DNA from: Spirochaetia bacterium
GTDB lineage: Bacteria > Spirochaetota > Spirochaetia > SZUA-6 > Bin103
DNA length: 64,000 nt
Direction of reading: 5' to 3'
Assembly: GCA_965203905.1 (NCBI GenBank)
Contig: CBDBDQ010000005.1
Coordinates: forward strand, 2,368,001-2,432,000
Shown here: piece by piece, positions 39,021 through 48,734 of the stretch
Layout: each line of letters begins with the position of its first letter
Numbering within the stretch: the stretch's first letter is position 1
Program-made: the position numbers and the translations under genes
The notes under the pieces: model-generated
Databases searched by the model: none
The model's input: the letters and a program-made list of their open reading frames with translations, nothing else
Told to the model about the DNA's origin: nothing

Positions 39021-39929
39021 ATGCGCCTGCCGACCTTGAAAGGAGCGACCCTGAAGCGCCGCACGCTCGAGGACGTGATCGTCGACGCCGTCGTGTGGAT
39101 CGTCATGATCGGTTTCTCGGTCTCGGTGATCTATCCGTTCTGGACCATGCTGATCGACTCCTTCTCCACCCCGGAGAACGTCTACTCGGTCGGCTTCCGG
39201 CTGTGGCCGCGACCGGCGACCGTCGAGGCGTACCGCGACGTGCTGTCCAAGGACACCGTCGGCATCGCCTACTACAACACCGTCCTCAGGACGGTCGCCG
39301 GCACCCTGGTCACGCTGTTCGTGTCGTTCTCCGCCGCCTACGCGCTGGCCCGGCGCACGCTGCCCCTGAACAAGACCATAACGCTGCTGATGATCTTCAC
39401 CATGTTCTTCTCCGGCGGCCTGATCGCCACCTACCTGTGGATGGGGCAGATGGGGCTGCACAACAACCGGCTGGCGCTGATCCTGCCGCCCGCCGCCAGC
39501 GCCTACTACATCATCATCATGCGCAACTTCTTCCGCGCCATCCCGCCGGAGCTGGAGGAGTCCGCGTTCATGGACGGCGCCTCGGCCTACACGGTGCTGC
39601 TGCGCATCATCGTGCCGGTGTCGATGCCGGTGGTGGCGACCATCGCGCTGTGGTCGGCGGTGTTCCACTGGGACTCCTGGTTCGACGCCCTGCTGTATAC
39701 GCCGAAGCGGGAACAGCTCGTGCTCCAGTTGATGCTGCGGCGGATCCTGATCGAGCACCAGGCGTCCAACCTGTTCGACCTGTCGGTGGACGAGCTGGAG
39801 AGCAGCTTCGTGGTGGAGACGATCAAGGCGGCCACCCTGTACATCGCAATCGGTCCGATAATACTCTTGTACCCGTTCCTGCAGCGGTACTTCGTCAAGG
39901 GAATCATGACCGGGAGCCTGAAGGGTTAG
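39021..39929 (+). CDS. Carbohydrate ABC transporter permease (LplC-like)
   Basis: FTMFFSGGLI, ELEESAFMDGA, YPFLQRYFVKGIMTGSLKG. Confidence 0.93.
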   Translation: MRLPTLKGATLKRRTLEDVIVDAVVWIVMIGFSVSVIYPFWTMLIDSFSTPENVYSVGFRLWPRPATVEAYRDVLSKDTVGIAYYNTVLRTVAGTLVTLFVSFSAAYALARRTLPLNKTITLLMIFTMFFSGGLIATYLWMGQMGLHNNRLALILPPAASAYYIIIMRNFFRAIPPELEESAFMDGASAYTVLLRIIVPVSMPVVATIALWSAVFHWDSWFDALLYTPKREQLVLQLMLRRILIEHQASNLFDLSVDELESSFVVETIKAATLYIAIGPIILLYPFLQRYFVKGIMTGSLKG

Positions 39930-40024
39930 CCCGGCAGAGTCGCACGGCGGCTCGGGACTCGCACGGCGACTCCACGCGGCGCAGTTCGGATGACGCGGTC
40001 GACCATTCAAGAAAGGAGGTGTGC

Positions 40025-41602
40025 ATGACACACACGAGATGGCTATTGGTGCTCGCCGGCCTGCTGGTTGCCGGTCTGGCGTTCGGCGGAGCGGAGCAGG
40101 AGGGAGCCGCCGCCGAGGAGCGGCTGACGATAAGCTGGATGGGGCCGAACAACCGCGGCGTGCTGCTGCCGGCCGACAGCCCGACCGAGCTGTTCCTGGA
40201 AGAATACTTCAACGTCGAGTTGGAGCCGTGGACCGACGTGGACCTCTACCAGTCGGACCAGTGGAAGACGCGCATCGCGTCCGGCGACATTCCCGACTAC
40301 ATCAAGGCCGATGCGATCCGGTCCGGGCTGCACGACATCGGCGCGGTGCGGGTGCTGTCCGAGGACTTGCTGCGCCAGCACATGCCCAACTACACCAAGC
40401 TGGTCGACCAGATCGCCGGTCCCTACGGCTGGCAGACGGTGACCTCGGGCGGCGAGGTGGTCGGCATCCCGAGCGTCAACGTCGCCATCGCCTCGGGCGC
40501 CACCTTCGTCACCCGCCGTGACTGGTTGGAGGCGGTCGGCGAGCCGCTTCCGGAGAAGCGCATGCTCGGCTCTCCCTATTCCGACTACTCCAGCCTGGAG
40601 GACGTCGAGCGCCTGCTGCTGAAGTATCGCAACGAGGATCCTGACGGCAACGGCCAGAAGGACACCTACGGCCTGTCGGTCTACAAGAACAGCAACACCG
40701 TCAGCTTCAACGCCGGCGCCCAGTGGGCGTTCCCGAACGAGTTCGGCGCCCACGGCGTGCGTCTCGCCTCCTGGCAGGAGGTCGGCGGCGCGCTGCAGTA
40801 CTCGATGATTTCGGAGGGCTACAAGGAAGCCCTGGCGTTCCTGCACCGCTGGTACGAGGAGGAGATCATCGATCCCGAGTTCGTCACCGACAAGCGCTCG
40901 GAGCTGATCACCAAGTTCTCCAACGGCATCGTGGGCGCCTTCCAGGCATCACCGGCCTGGACCGGCCCGCGCCCGAGCGGTCCGACCGGCGTCCTGCTCA
41001 AGAACGTGCCGGACACCGAGCTGGTCTACTTCATCGCCTACGAGGGCCCCGGCGGCAAGGCCTCGGTCAACTTCAACCCGATCCTCGGCAACACCTCGAT
41101 CGGCGCCAACGCCTCCGACGCCGTGACCGAGAAGCTGCTCGCCATGCTCGACGAGATCCATACCAACATGGAGCTGTACGGGCGGGTCGCCTATGGTGAG
41201 GAGGGCGTCAACTACGAGTGGGACGAGGACGGGCTGCTGATCCAGAAGCCCGGTTTCGGCACCGGTGAGGAACGCACCAACCAGGGTTGGCAGTACTTCA
41301 CCATGTGGAACACCATCACGCCCGACATCTCGCGCTTCCGGCTGCCGCGCTGGCGCACCATTCCGCACACCATCGGCATCGACGCACCGAAGCTCGACAA
41401 CGGGTTCGCTCCCCAGTGGGACGAGGAGCTGCGCGCCGTTGCCAGCCAGCTCACCGAGGTGGAGAGCGAGTACTTCTTCCGCGCCATCATCGGCCAAGCG
41501 AACTTCACCTCCGACTGGGACGCCTACGTGGACGAGTGGACCCGCCGCGGCGGCGATGAGCTGACCAAAGAAGCCAACCGCCAGTGGCAGGACTCGATGT
41601 AA
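40025..41602 (+). CDS. Carbohydrate ABC transporter extracellular solute-binding protein
   Basis: AAAGGAGGTG RBS; signal peptide; IASGDIPD, RRDWLEAVG, EDPDGNGQKDTYG, WDAYVDEW. Confidence 0.9.
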   Translation: MTHTRWLLVLAGLLVAGLAFGGAEQEGAAAEERLTISWMGPNNRGVLLPADSPTELFLEEYFNVELEPWTDVDLYQSDQWKTRIASGDIPDYIKADAIRSGLHDIGAVRVLSEDLLRQHMPNYTKLVDQIAGPYGWQTVTSGGEVVGIPSVNVAIASGATFVTRRDWLEAVGEPLPEKRMLGSPYSDYSSLEDVERLLLKYRNEDPDGNGQKDTYGLSVYKNSNTVSFNAGAQWAFPNEFGAHGVRLASWQEVGGALQYSMISEGYKEALAFLHRWYEEEIIDPEFVTDKRSELITKFSNGIVGAFQASPAWTGPRPSGPTGVLLKNVPDTELVYFIAYEGPGGKASVNFNPILGNTSIGANASDAVTEKLLAMLDEIHTNMELYGRVAYGEEGVNYEWDEDGLLIQKPGFGTGEERTNQGWQYFTMWNTITPDISRFRLPRWRTIPHTIGIDAPKLDNGFAPQWDEELRAVASQLTEVESEYFFRAIIGQANFTSDWDAYVDEWTRRGGDELTKEANRQWQDSM

Positions 41603-41621
41603 CCGTCGACTACGCCGAAGT

Positions 41622-41660
41622 AAAGCGCCCCGGACCGTGCCGCGATCCGGGGCGTTTGTA
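41622..41660 (+). terminator. Intrinsic terminator after ABC operon
   Basis: CGCCCCGGA...TCCGGGGCG stem followed by TTTGTATT. Confidence 0.65.
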
Positions 41661-41674
41661 TTACCGGGCACCCA

Positions 41675-42000
41675 GGAACGTTGGCATGCCCGAGGTCGTG
41701 TCGCGACGCCGACGACTTCCGGTGCCGTGCCATCCCGGGACCTGGGTCGGCGACTACGTGCCGTTCTACTTCTGCCCGCGCTCGGTGATGCTCTACGTCA
41801 TCTCGCGCAAGAATCACCCAAGTCTGACCTATCGAGGTGGACAGAGGGTCCCCTGGTCGCTGATCGAGCGGATTGGCGTTCAACGCCATGGTGCTGCGCG
41901 TCGCGTCGACGAGATCCTGGCCAGCACGTCGGATGCCCATCGCCCTCGTGTCGAAGTGCGCCGTGACTGGTACTATCAAGAGACGGAGGCGGGAGGATGA
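41675..42000 (+). pseudogene. darT: DarT (DUF4433) DNA ADP-ribosyltransferase remnant
   Basis: DYVPFYFCPRSVMLYVI...YRGGQ fused directly to VPWSLIERIGV...WYY; N-terminus and catalytic segment missing. Confidence 0.8.
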
Positions 42001-43046
42001 TCGACTATGCGACTGGCGATCTGCTCGAGGCTGACCGTGAAGCGCTGGTCAACAGCGTCAACTGCGTCGGTGTCATGGGCCGGGGCGTCGCACTCGCCTT
42101 CAAGCGCAGGTTCCCGGCCAACTTCAAGGCCTACAAGGCAGCCTGCGACTGGGACGAGGTGGAGCCGGGGCACATGTTCGTCTTCGAGACCGATCAGTTG
42201 CAGCCCCGCTACATCATCAACTTCCCAACCAAGCGGCACTGGCGGGGCAGGAGCCGCCTCGGCGACATCAAAGCCGGGCTGTCGGCCCTCGTCGCAGAGA
42301 TCGAACAACGGCACATTCGTTCCATCGCGCTGCCGCCGCTCGGCTGCGGCCTCGGCGGTCTGGAATGGTCGCGGGTGAAGCCGCTGATCCATGCCGCGCT
42401 GGCACCGTTGTCCGGCGTCGACACGCTAGTGTTCGAGCCCAACGCGACGTCCGCGTCCGTGCCTGCGCCCGCGGCCCCAACACCACCGGCCATTACGCCG
42501 GGACGCGCCGCCCTGCTTGGACTAATGCACCGTTACCTGGCCGGACTGGCAGAGCCGTTCGTGACGCTGCTTGAATTACACAAGCTGATGTACTTCATGC
42601 AGGAAGCAGGCGAGCCGCTGAGCCTGCGTTACGAAAAGGAGTGGTATGGTCCATATGCGAAGAACCTCCGACATGTGGTGGACACGCTCGACGGCCATTA
42701 CCTTACCGGAGAGGGTGCCGGTGGGGGTGACAAGCCGGACCAACCGCTGTTTCTCATGCCCGGGGCAACGGCGAAGGCGCTGGCATACCTCGCCGACTAT
42801 CCGGAGTCCCGCGCCCGGTTCGATCGCGTCGCCGAGCTGGTGGAGGGGTTCGAGTCACCGTCCGGCCTCGAGTTGCTCGCCACGGTGCACTGGGTCGTCA
42901 CAGAGATTGGCTCGTCTAGTGCGCGCGAAGTGACGCGTGCAACCTACGCCTGGAACAAACGCAAGAGGCGATTCTCGAAAGAGAATATCGTGCTGGCACG
43001 CGACAGGTTGCGCGATCGCGGCTGGATCGAGAGTCTCAGCGAATAG
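41997..43046 (+). CDS. darG: DarG macrodomain antitoxin
   Basis: GDLL, ALVNSVNCVGVMGRGVA, IINFPTKRHW, SIALPPLGCGLGGL; C-terminal KLMYF, YGPY, GLELLATVHW. Confidence 0.92.
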   Translation: MIDYATGDLLEADREALVNSVNCVGVMGRGVALAFKRRFPANFKAYKAACDWDEVEPGHMFVFETDQLQPRYIINFPTKRHWRGRSRLGDIKAGLSALVAEIEQRHIRSIALPPLGCGLGGLEWSRVKPLIHAALAPLSGVDTLVFEPNATSASVPAPAAPTPPAITPGRAALLGLMHRYLAGLAEPFVTLLELHKLMYFMQEAGEPLSLRYEKEWYGPYAKNLRHVVDTLDGHYLTGEGAGGGDKPDQPLFLMPGATAKALAYLADYPESRARFDRVAELVEGFESPSGLELLATVHWVVTEIGSSSAREVTRATYAWNKRKRRFSKENIVLARDRLRDRGWIESLSE

Positions 43047-43075
43047 GCCGTGCCAGTGCCCGGCGCGGAAGGGAT

Positions 43076-44539
43076 GTGACGCGGATGACCGTTCCCCATG
43101 CCGGCGGCGTCAGCGGGGCCAATGCGGCGGGGACGCCCCGCACCAGGCCGCACGTGCTGATCGTGGTGCTCGACCAGTTGCGGGCGGACTCGCTCGGCTG
43201 CGCCGAGCACCCGGTGATCAGGACCCCGGCCATCGACGGCATCGCGGCCCAGGGGCTGCGGTTCACCGGCGTGCACACCGTGTCGCCGGTGTGCCAGCCG
43301 GCGCGCGTCTCCTTCGTCACCGGCCGCTACCCGCACAACCACGGCATCTGGCACAACCGCGGCGAGTTGCCGGTGAACTACCCCACTTTCTTCACCGCGC
43401 TGCGCGACGCGGGGTACACGACGGCGACGGTTGGCAAGTCGCACCTGTGGAGCCATCGGCGGGTGGCGCACCTCCGCGAGGGCGAGCCCTACCTGCGGGC
43501 GCTCGGGTTCGACACGATCGACGAGGTCGGCGGCCCGCGGGGAACCTGCGCCACCGAGTCCGGTTACTCCGACTACCTGCGCGAGAAGGGGCTGTTCGAG
43601 CTGTTCGTGTTCGACACCAAGGAGCGCGTGGCCGACCCCACCATCACGCGGGCGGCGCCGTTCGACGAGGCCGATCACATGGACGGCTACGTCGGCCGGC
43701 GCGCGGTGCAGTGTGTCGACACCTTCCCGGATGACCGCCCGACCTGTCTGTTCGTGAACTTCCCCGGTCCGCACGATCCCTGGGACGCGCCCGGCCGCTA
43801 TGCGACCAGGTACGACCCGGCCAGCTCACCGCTCCCGATCCCCGTTCCGGACCGACCGCGAACCCTGCCCGACCATGCCGCCGCGAAGCTCGACTTCCAG
43901 CCGGACTCGGGGCTGACCCCCGAGGTGATCGCCGCGATTCGCGCCAACTATGGCGGCAAGGTGAGCTTCGTCGACGACTGGTGCCGGCGCATCTTCGACG
44001 CCTACGCGGCCCGCGGCTGGCTCGACGACCTGCTGGTGATCATTACCTCCGACCATGGCGAGATGGCCGGCGATCACGGCCGGGTATACAAGCGCACCTT
44101 TCACGAATCGGCGTTGCGGGTGCCGCTCATCCTGCGCTGGCCCGGGCGGATCCCCGGCGGAACTCGCGACGCGCTGGTCGAGAACATCGACATCCTGCCG
44201 ACGCTGCTGGAGGCGATCGGCGTGCCGCAGCCGCCCATGTCCCTCGGCCGGTCGTTGCTGCCGGTGGTCGCCAACCTGCAGGCGCAGCACCGCTCCGACC
44301 TGTTGAGCGAGATCTACTACGGCGGCTCGCGCAACGTGATGCTCAAGACCGCGCGCCACAAGTACGTCATCGACCAGGAGGGCCGCGGCTACATGCTGTA
44401 CGACCTCGACCGGGACCCGGACGAGCAGTACAACCTGGTCGGCGCGCCGGAGGCGCGAGCACTCGAGCAGGCCATGCGTGACGCGCTGCTCGTGCGGCTG
44501 GCCGCGTCGGCGTACGTCATCGACAGCGTCAACCTGTAG
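43076..44539 (+). CDS. Sulfatase
   Basis: LDQLRAD, CQPAR, GKSHL, PGPHDP, SDHGEM. Confidence 0.92.
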   Translation: MTRMTVPHAGGVSGANAAGTPRTRPHVLIVVLDQLRADSLGCAEHPVIRTPAIDGIAAQGLRFTGVHTVSPVCQPARVSFVTGRYPHNHGIWHNRGELPVNYPTFFTALRDAGYTTATVGKSHLWSHRRVAHLREGEPYLRALGFDTIDEVGGPRGTCATESGYSDYLREKGLFELFVFDTKERVADPTITRAAPFDEADHMDGYVGRRAVQCVDTFPDDRPTCLFVNFPGPHDPWDAPGRYATRYDPASSPLPIPVPDRPRTLPDHAAAKLDFQPDSGLTPEVIAAIRANYGGKVSFVDDWCRRIFDAYAARGWLDDLLVIITSDHGEMAGDHGRVYKRTFHESALRVPLILRWPGRIPGGTRDALVENIDILPTLLEAIGVPQPPMSLGRSLLPVVANLQAQHRSDLLSEIYYGGSRNVMLKTARHKYVIDQEGRGYMLYDLDRDPDEQYNLVGAPEARALEQAMRDALLVRLAASAYVIDSVNL

Positions 44540-44590
44540 GGCCGCGGCGTCGTGGTGGCCGCGCCCCGCCGCATCCGCTACGGGTTCTGC

Positions 44591-45697
44591 TTATACCTCG
44601 AACCAGGTGCCCTGGATGCAGGTCACGCCATCGCGGTCCTCGCCGTAGTAGGCGGTGAACAGCTTGCCGGGCTGGTACTCGATCGCCGCGGGGTAGCCGA
44701 GGTTTCCGTTGGGCAGGTCGGCGCGGATCACGATCTCGTCGCTCCACGACGCCCCGTCGTCGGCGCTGACGATGGCGCGGATTCCGAACGGCGCGCGGCG
44801 CCGCCCGTAGACGATGACGACGCGGCCGTCGGCCAGCGCCACGCAGTGGCTGGGGAAGCCCCACACCGGCAACTCGCGCGGCAGCTCCCAGGTGGCGCCG
44901 CCGTCGCGCGATGCGCTCAGGTGGACGTGGCCGTGGTTCTCCTCGCGCGACGCCACCAGGATGGTGCCGGACGCGGTTTGCGCCGCCGACGGCTCGGAGA
45001 AGATCAGCCCTTGCTTGCGGGCCACCTCCACTGGTGCGCCCCAACTGCGCCCGCGGTCGCGCGAGCGGACGCAGAACGAGGCTTCCAGCGGACAGTGGTC
45101 GTGACTGCCGAGCGCCAGCAGCAGGTCGCCGCCTGCCAGTTCCAGCGCGCCCTTGGGGCTGAACGCTCCCTGGTAGGGGGCGATGGCCACCTCCGCGGTG
45201 TGCTCCCAGGTGCGCCCGCCGTCGCTGCTGACGTGCACCCAGGCGCCGCCCTCGGCGCGGGCGTAGGGGTGCGGGTGGCGCTGCCAGTCCGCCTCGCTCG
45301 CCGCCTTCTGCCAGCGCCGCTCCGTGCGCACGAAGATCTCACGCTCGCCGCGCGCCGCCAGCGCTTGCGCCTGCTCCAGCGGATACCACAGGAAACGCCA
45401 CTGGTTGAGCAGCACCTCGCCGCTGGAGAGGGCGCTGATGCCGGGCACCTCCACGCCGTGCCAGTCGTAGCCGGGAGCCACCCGCGGCGCCTCCCAGGTC
45501 GCGCCCTGGTCGCGGGAGCGGGTGATGAAGTTGAGAAACTGCGGATCGCTGGGCGGATGCATGTGAGGGACCCGCTCCAGGCTCTGGGCGAAGGCGACCA
45601 GCCAGTCGCCGTCCGGCAGGCGCGCAATGCACGCGTGCGACGAGTAGGCGTGCTGCGCCTTGTAGATGATGATGGTGCGACCGACGGTGGCTTGCAT
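44591..45697 (-). CDS. Sialidase-family / BNR (Asp-box) protein
   Basis: Five Asp-boxes: SRDQGATW, SSDGGRTW, SRDRGRSW, SRDGGATW, SADDGASW. Confidence 0.88.
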   Translation of the reverse strand: MQATVGRTIIIYKAQHAYSSHACIARLPDGDWLVAFAQSLERVPHMHPPSDPQFLNFITRSRDQGATWEAPRVAPGYDWHGVEVPGISALSSGEVLLNQWRFLWYPLEQAQALAARGEREIFVRTERRWQKAASEADWQRHPHPYARAEGGAWVHVSSDGGRTWEHTAEVAIAPYQGAFSPKGALELAGGDLLLALGSHDHCPLEASFCVRSRDRGRSWGAPVEVARKQGLIFSEPSAAQTASGTILVASREENHGHVHLSASRDGGATWELPRELPVWGFPSHCVALADGRVVIVYGRRRAPFGIRAIVSADDGASWSDEIVIRADLPNGNLGYPAAIEYQPGKLFTAYYGEDRDGVTCIQGTWFEV

Positions 45698-45754
45698 CCG
45701 AGCCTCCTTCGCGGGATACCGGGTTCGTCGCCTTGAGTGTAACCTCGAAAGGTC

Positions 45755-45916
45755 ATGGAGCGCATCACCATCTCTCGCGACGACGACCTCTACGAGGCGT
45801 TCGCGGACATCGCACAGACTCCCGACGGCATGCTCGCGGTGACGTATCGCGAGAGCCTGCGCCACGGCCCGCAGCCGTTCTCACGGGTGGTGGTGCGTAC
45901 GAAGGAGCGGACTTGA
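45755..45916 (+). pseudogene. N-terminal fragment of a second sialidase-like protein
   Basis: AAAGG RBS; MERITISRDDDLYEAFADIAQTPDGMLAVTYRE...H stops before the first Asp-box. Confidence 0.5.
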
Positions 45917-45998
45917 TTAGATCAGATTGGACCAGCCGGCCGCTTCCCACACTTGATTCACGTCGCCGGACCGCGCTACCCACGCCAGCGGACGGGCG

Positions 45999-47027
45999 CT
46001 ACGCGGCGGCGAAGATGAGGGCCAGCTCGGCCATGCGGTGGCTGAAGCCCATCTCGTTGTCGTAGAAGCTGGTGAGCTTGACCAGGGAGCAGCAGCCGTC
46101 GACCGGCACCACCAGCGGGCTGTCCGAGACCATCGACGAGAACGGCTCGCCGACGCAGTCGCGGGAGCACTCGTAGTAGTCGTTGACGGTGATCACCTGG
46201 CCGAGCAGGGTGGAGTCGTTGATCTTGCCGGCGTTGGCGCCCAGGGCGGCGACCAGCTCCTCCTTGGAGGGGGTGCCGTCGATCTGGTAGACCGCCTCCA
46301 CCACGCTGCCGGTGTCGGTGGGCACCCGCAGGGCGGTGCCGTTGAGCTTGCCGTTGAGGTGCGGCAGCACCTTGCCGACGGCGACCGCGGCTCCGGTGCT
46401 GGCCGGGATCACGTTGTTGAGGGTGGCGCGGTTCTTGCCGCCGCCGAAGGTGTCGGCCACTTTCTGGGTGGCGGTGGCGGCGTGGGTGGTGCTCATCAGG
46501 CCGCCCTTGACCGGGTAGCTCATGTCGACGGCGCGGGTCATTGGCGCCAGGCAGTTGGTGGTGCAGCTCGCGTTGGAGACGATCTTGTGCTCGGGGGAGA
46601 GAAGGTCGTGGTTGACGCCCACCACCACGGTGTCGGTGTCGTCGTTGCAGGGCGCGGAGACGATCACGCGCTTGGCACCGCCCTCGAGGTGGGCTCCGGC
46701 CTTCTCGGTGGTCAGGTAGAAGCCGGTGCACTCGAACACGATGTCCACGCCGTGGTCGCCCCACGGTACGTTGGCGGCGTCCATCTCGGCGTAGATGGTC
46801 AGCTCGTGGTCGCCGACGCGGATCTTGTTGTCGGCGGTCTGCTCCACCGCGGCGGGAAAGCGGCCGTACACCGCGTCCTTCGGCAGGCTGGCGGCGATGT
46901 CGGCGGTGGGCACCAGGTCGTTGCCGGCCACGATCTCGAAGCGGTCGTTCAGCTTCGAGACGATCACCCGCATCACGTTCTTGCCGATGCGGCCCATGCC
47001 GTTGAATCCTACGCGTACTTTGCTCAT
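45999..47027 (-). CDS. gap: Type I glyceraldehyde-3-phosphate dehydrogenase
   Basis: GFNGMGRIG, ECTG, SNASCTTNCLAP, IPASTGAA, RVPT, YDNE; AAGGAG RBS. Confidence 0.93.
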   Translation of the reverse strand: MSKVRVGFNGMGRIGKNVMRVIVSKLNDRFEIVAGNDLVPTADIAASLPKDAVYGRFPAAVEQTADNKIRVGDHELTIYAEMDAANVPWGDHGVDIVFECTGFYLTTEKAGAHLEGGAKRVIVSAPCNDDTDTVVVGVNHDLLSPEHKIVSNASCTTNCLAPMTRAVDMSYPVKGGLMSTTHAATATQKVADTFGGGKNRATLNNVIPASTGAAVAVGKVLPHLNGKLNGTALRVPTDTGSVVEAVYQIDGTPSKEELVAALGANAGKINDSTLLGQVITVNDYYECSRDCVGEPFSSMVSDSPLVVPVDGCCSLVKLTSFYDNEMGFSHRMAELALIFAAA

Positions 47028-47234
47028 GGTGTCGATTTCTCCTTGTGGTGCGGCGCACTCGCCGAGCGGCACTACCCGTTCACCGGCAGGTAGCGGACCG
47101 GAGCCCGCCGCCCATGTGGGCCGTCACCGGGCAGTGCCGCCCCTTATATAGTCGGCCGCGCTGCTTGCCGTCAATGTTGGACCAACGCGCGTGGGGTTGC
47201 CGGAGGCCGCGCGGGGGTTTAGCTTGGCCCCGCC

Positions 47235-48728
47235 ATGCGCAGGTTCGTCTTGGCCCTCGACCAGGGTACCACCAGTTCGCGGGCGCTGCTGTTCGACGCC
47301 GCGGGAGCGGTGGTGGCCGTGGCGCAGCAGGAGTTCCGCCAGCACTTCCCCAAGGCCGGCTGGGTGGAGCACGACCCCGAGGAGATCCTCGCCAGCCAGG
47401 TTGCGGTGGCGCGCGAGGCGGTCGCGGCGGCCGGCGCCACCGCGGCGGAGGTGGCCGCGGTGGGCATCGCCAACCAGCGCGAAACCACCGTGGTGTGGGA
47501 CCGGCGCAGCGGCGCCCCAATCCACCCCGCCATCGTGTGGCAGGACCGCCGTACCAGCGCCATGGTGGAGCGGCTGGCCGCCGCCGGGCACGGGGACCTG
47601 TTCCACACCCGCGCCGGCCTGGTTCTGGACGCCTACTTCTCCGGCACCAAGCTGGCCTGGATCCTGGACCACGTGCCGGACGCACGGCGCCGCGCCGAAG
47701 CCGGCGAGCTGGCGTTCGGCACCGTGGACAGTTGGCTGGCGTTTCGCCTCAGTGGCGGCGAACTGCACCTGACCGACGCCAGCAACGCCAGCCGCACCCT
47801 GCTCTACGACATCCATCGCGGCCGCTGGGACCAGGAACTGCTGGGGCTGCTGGAGGTGCCGGCGGCGGTGCTGCCGGAAGTGCGCGACTCCTCCGCGGTC
47901 TACGGCGAGCTGAGCGGGCTGCTGGAGGAGCCGGTGCCGCTGGCCGGCATTGCCGGCGACCAGCAGGCGGCCTCGGTCGGCCAGGCCCTGTTCGCGCCGG
48001 GGCTGGCCAAGAACACCTACGGCACGGGCTGCTTCCTGCTGGCCCACACCGGCACGGCGGCCCCGCGCTCGGCCAACCGGCTGCTTACCACCGTGGCGTC
48101 GCAACTGGCCGGCCGACGGGAGTATGCCCTGGAGGGCAGCGTGTTCATCGGCGGCGCGGTGGTGCAGTGGCTGCGCGACGGCCTGGGACTGATCGCGAGC
48201 GCCGCCGAGGTGGAGCGGTTGGCGGCGTCGGTGCCGGACACCGGCGGCGTGTACCTGGTGCCGGCGTTCGCCGGCCTGGGCGCGCCCCACTGGGACCAGG
48301 AGGCACGCGGCACGGTGACCGGCCTGACCCGCGGCTCCACCGCTGCCCACCTGGCGCGCGCGGCGCTGGAGGCGATCGCCTGCCAGGTGGTGGACGTGGT
48401 GCGCGCCATGGAGCGCGACCTGGGCGCCCCGCTGCACGAGCTGCGGGTGGACGGCGGCGCCGCGGCCAACGACCTGCTGCTGCAACTCCAGGCCGACCTG
48501 CTCGACCTGCCGGTGGTGCGGCCGGTGAACCTGGAGACGACCGCCTGGGGCGCGGCACTGCTGGCGGGGCTGGCGGTCGGGCTGTGGCCCGACCGCTCGG
48601 CGGCGGCCGACCTGTGGCGCGCCGAGCGGCGCTTCGAGCCGCGCATGGACGCGGCCACCAGGGAGCACCTGCTGGCGGGCTGGGCGGAAGCCGTGCAGCG
48701 CACCCGCTCCGGGCACCGCCGCGACTGA
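47235..48728 (+). CDS. glpK: Glycerol kinase
   Basis: [40 protein letters not shown]. Confidence 0.96.
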   Translation: MRRFVLALDQGTTSSRALLFDAAGAVVAVAQQEFRQHFPKAGWVEHDPEEILASQVAVAREAVAAAGATAAEVAAVGIANQRETTVVWDRRSGAPIHPAIVWQDRRTSAMVERLAAAGHGDLFHTRAGLVLDAYFSGTKLAWILDHVPDARRRAEAGELAFGTVDSWLAFRLSGGELHLTDASNASRTLLYDIHRGRWDQELLGLLEVPAAVLPEVRDSSAVYGELSGLLEEPVPLAGIAGDQQAASVGQALFAPGLAKNTYGTGCFLLAHTGTAAPRSANRLLTTVASQLAGRREYALEGSVFIGGAVVQWLRDGLGLIASAAEVERLAASVPDTGGVYLVPAFAGLGAPHWDQEARGTVTGLTRGSTAAHLARAALEAIACQVVDVVRAMERDLGAPLHELRVDGGAAANDLLLQLQADLLDLPVVRPVNLETTAWGAALLAGLAVGLWPDRSAAADLWRAERRFEPRMDAATREHLLAGWAEAVQRTRSGHRRD

Positions 48729-48734
48729 GCGCGG

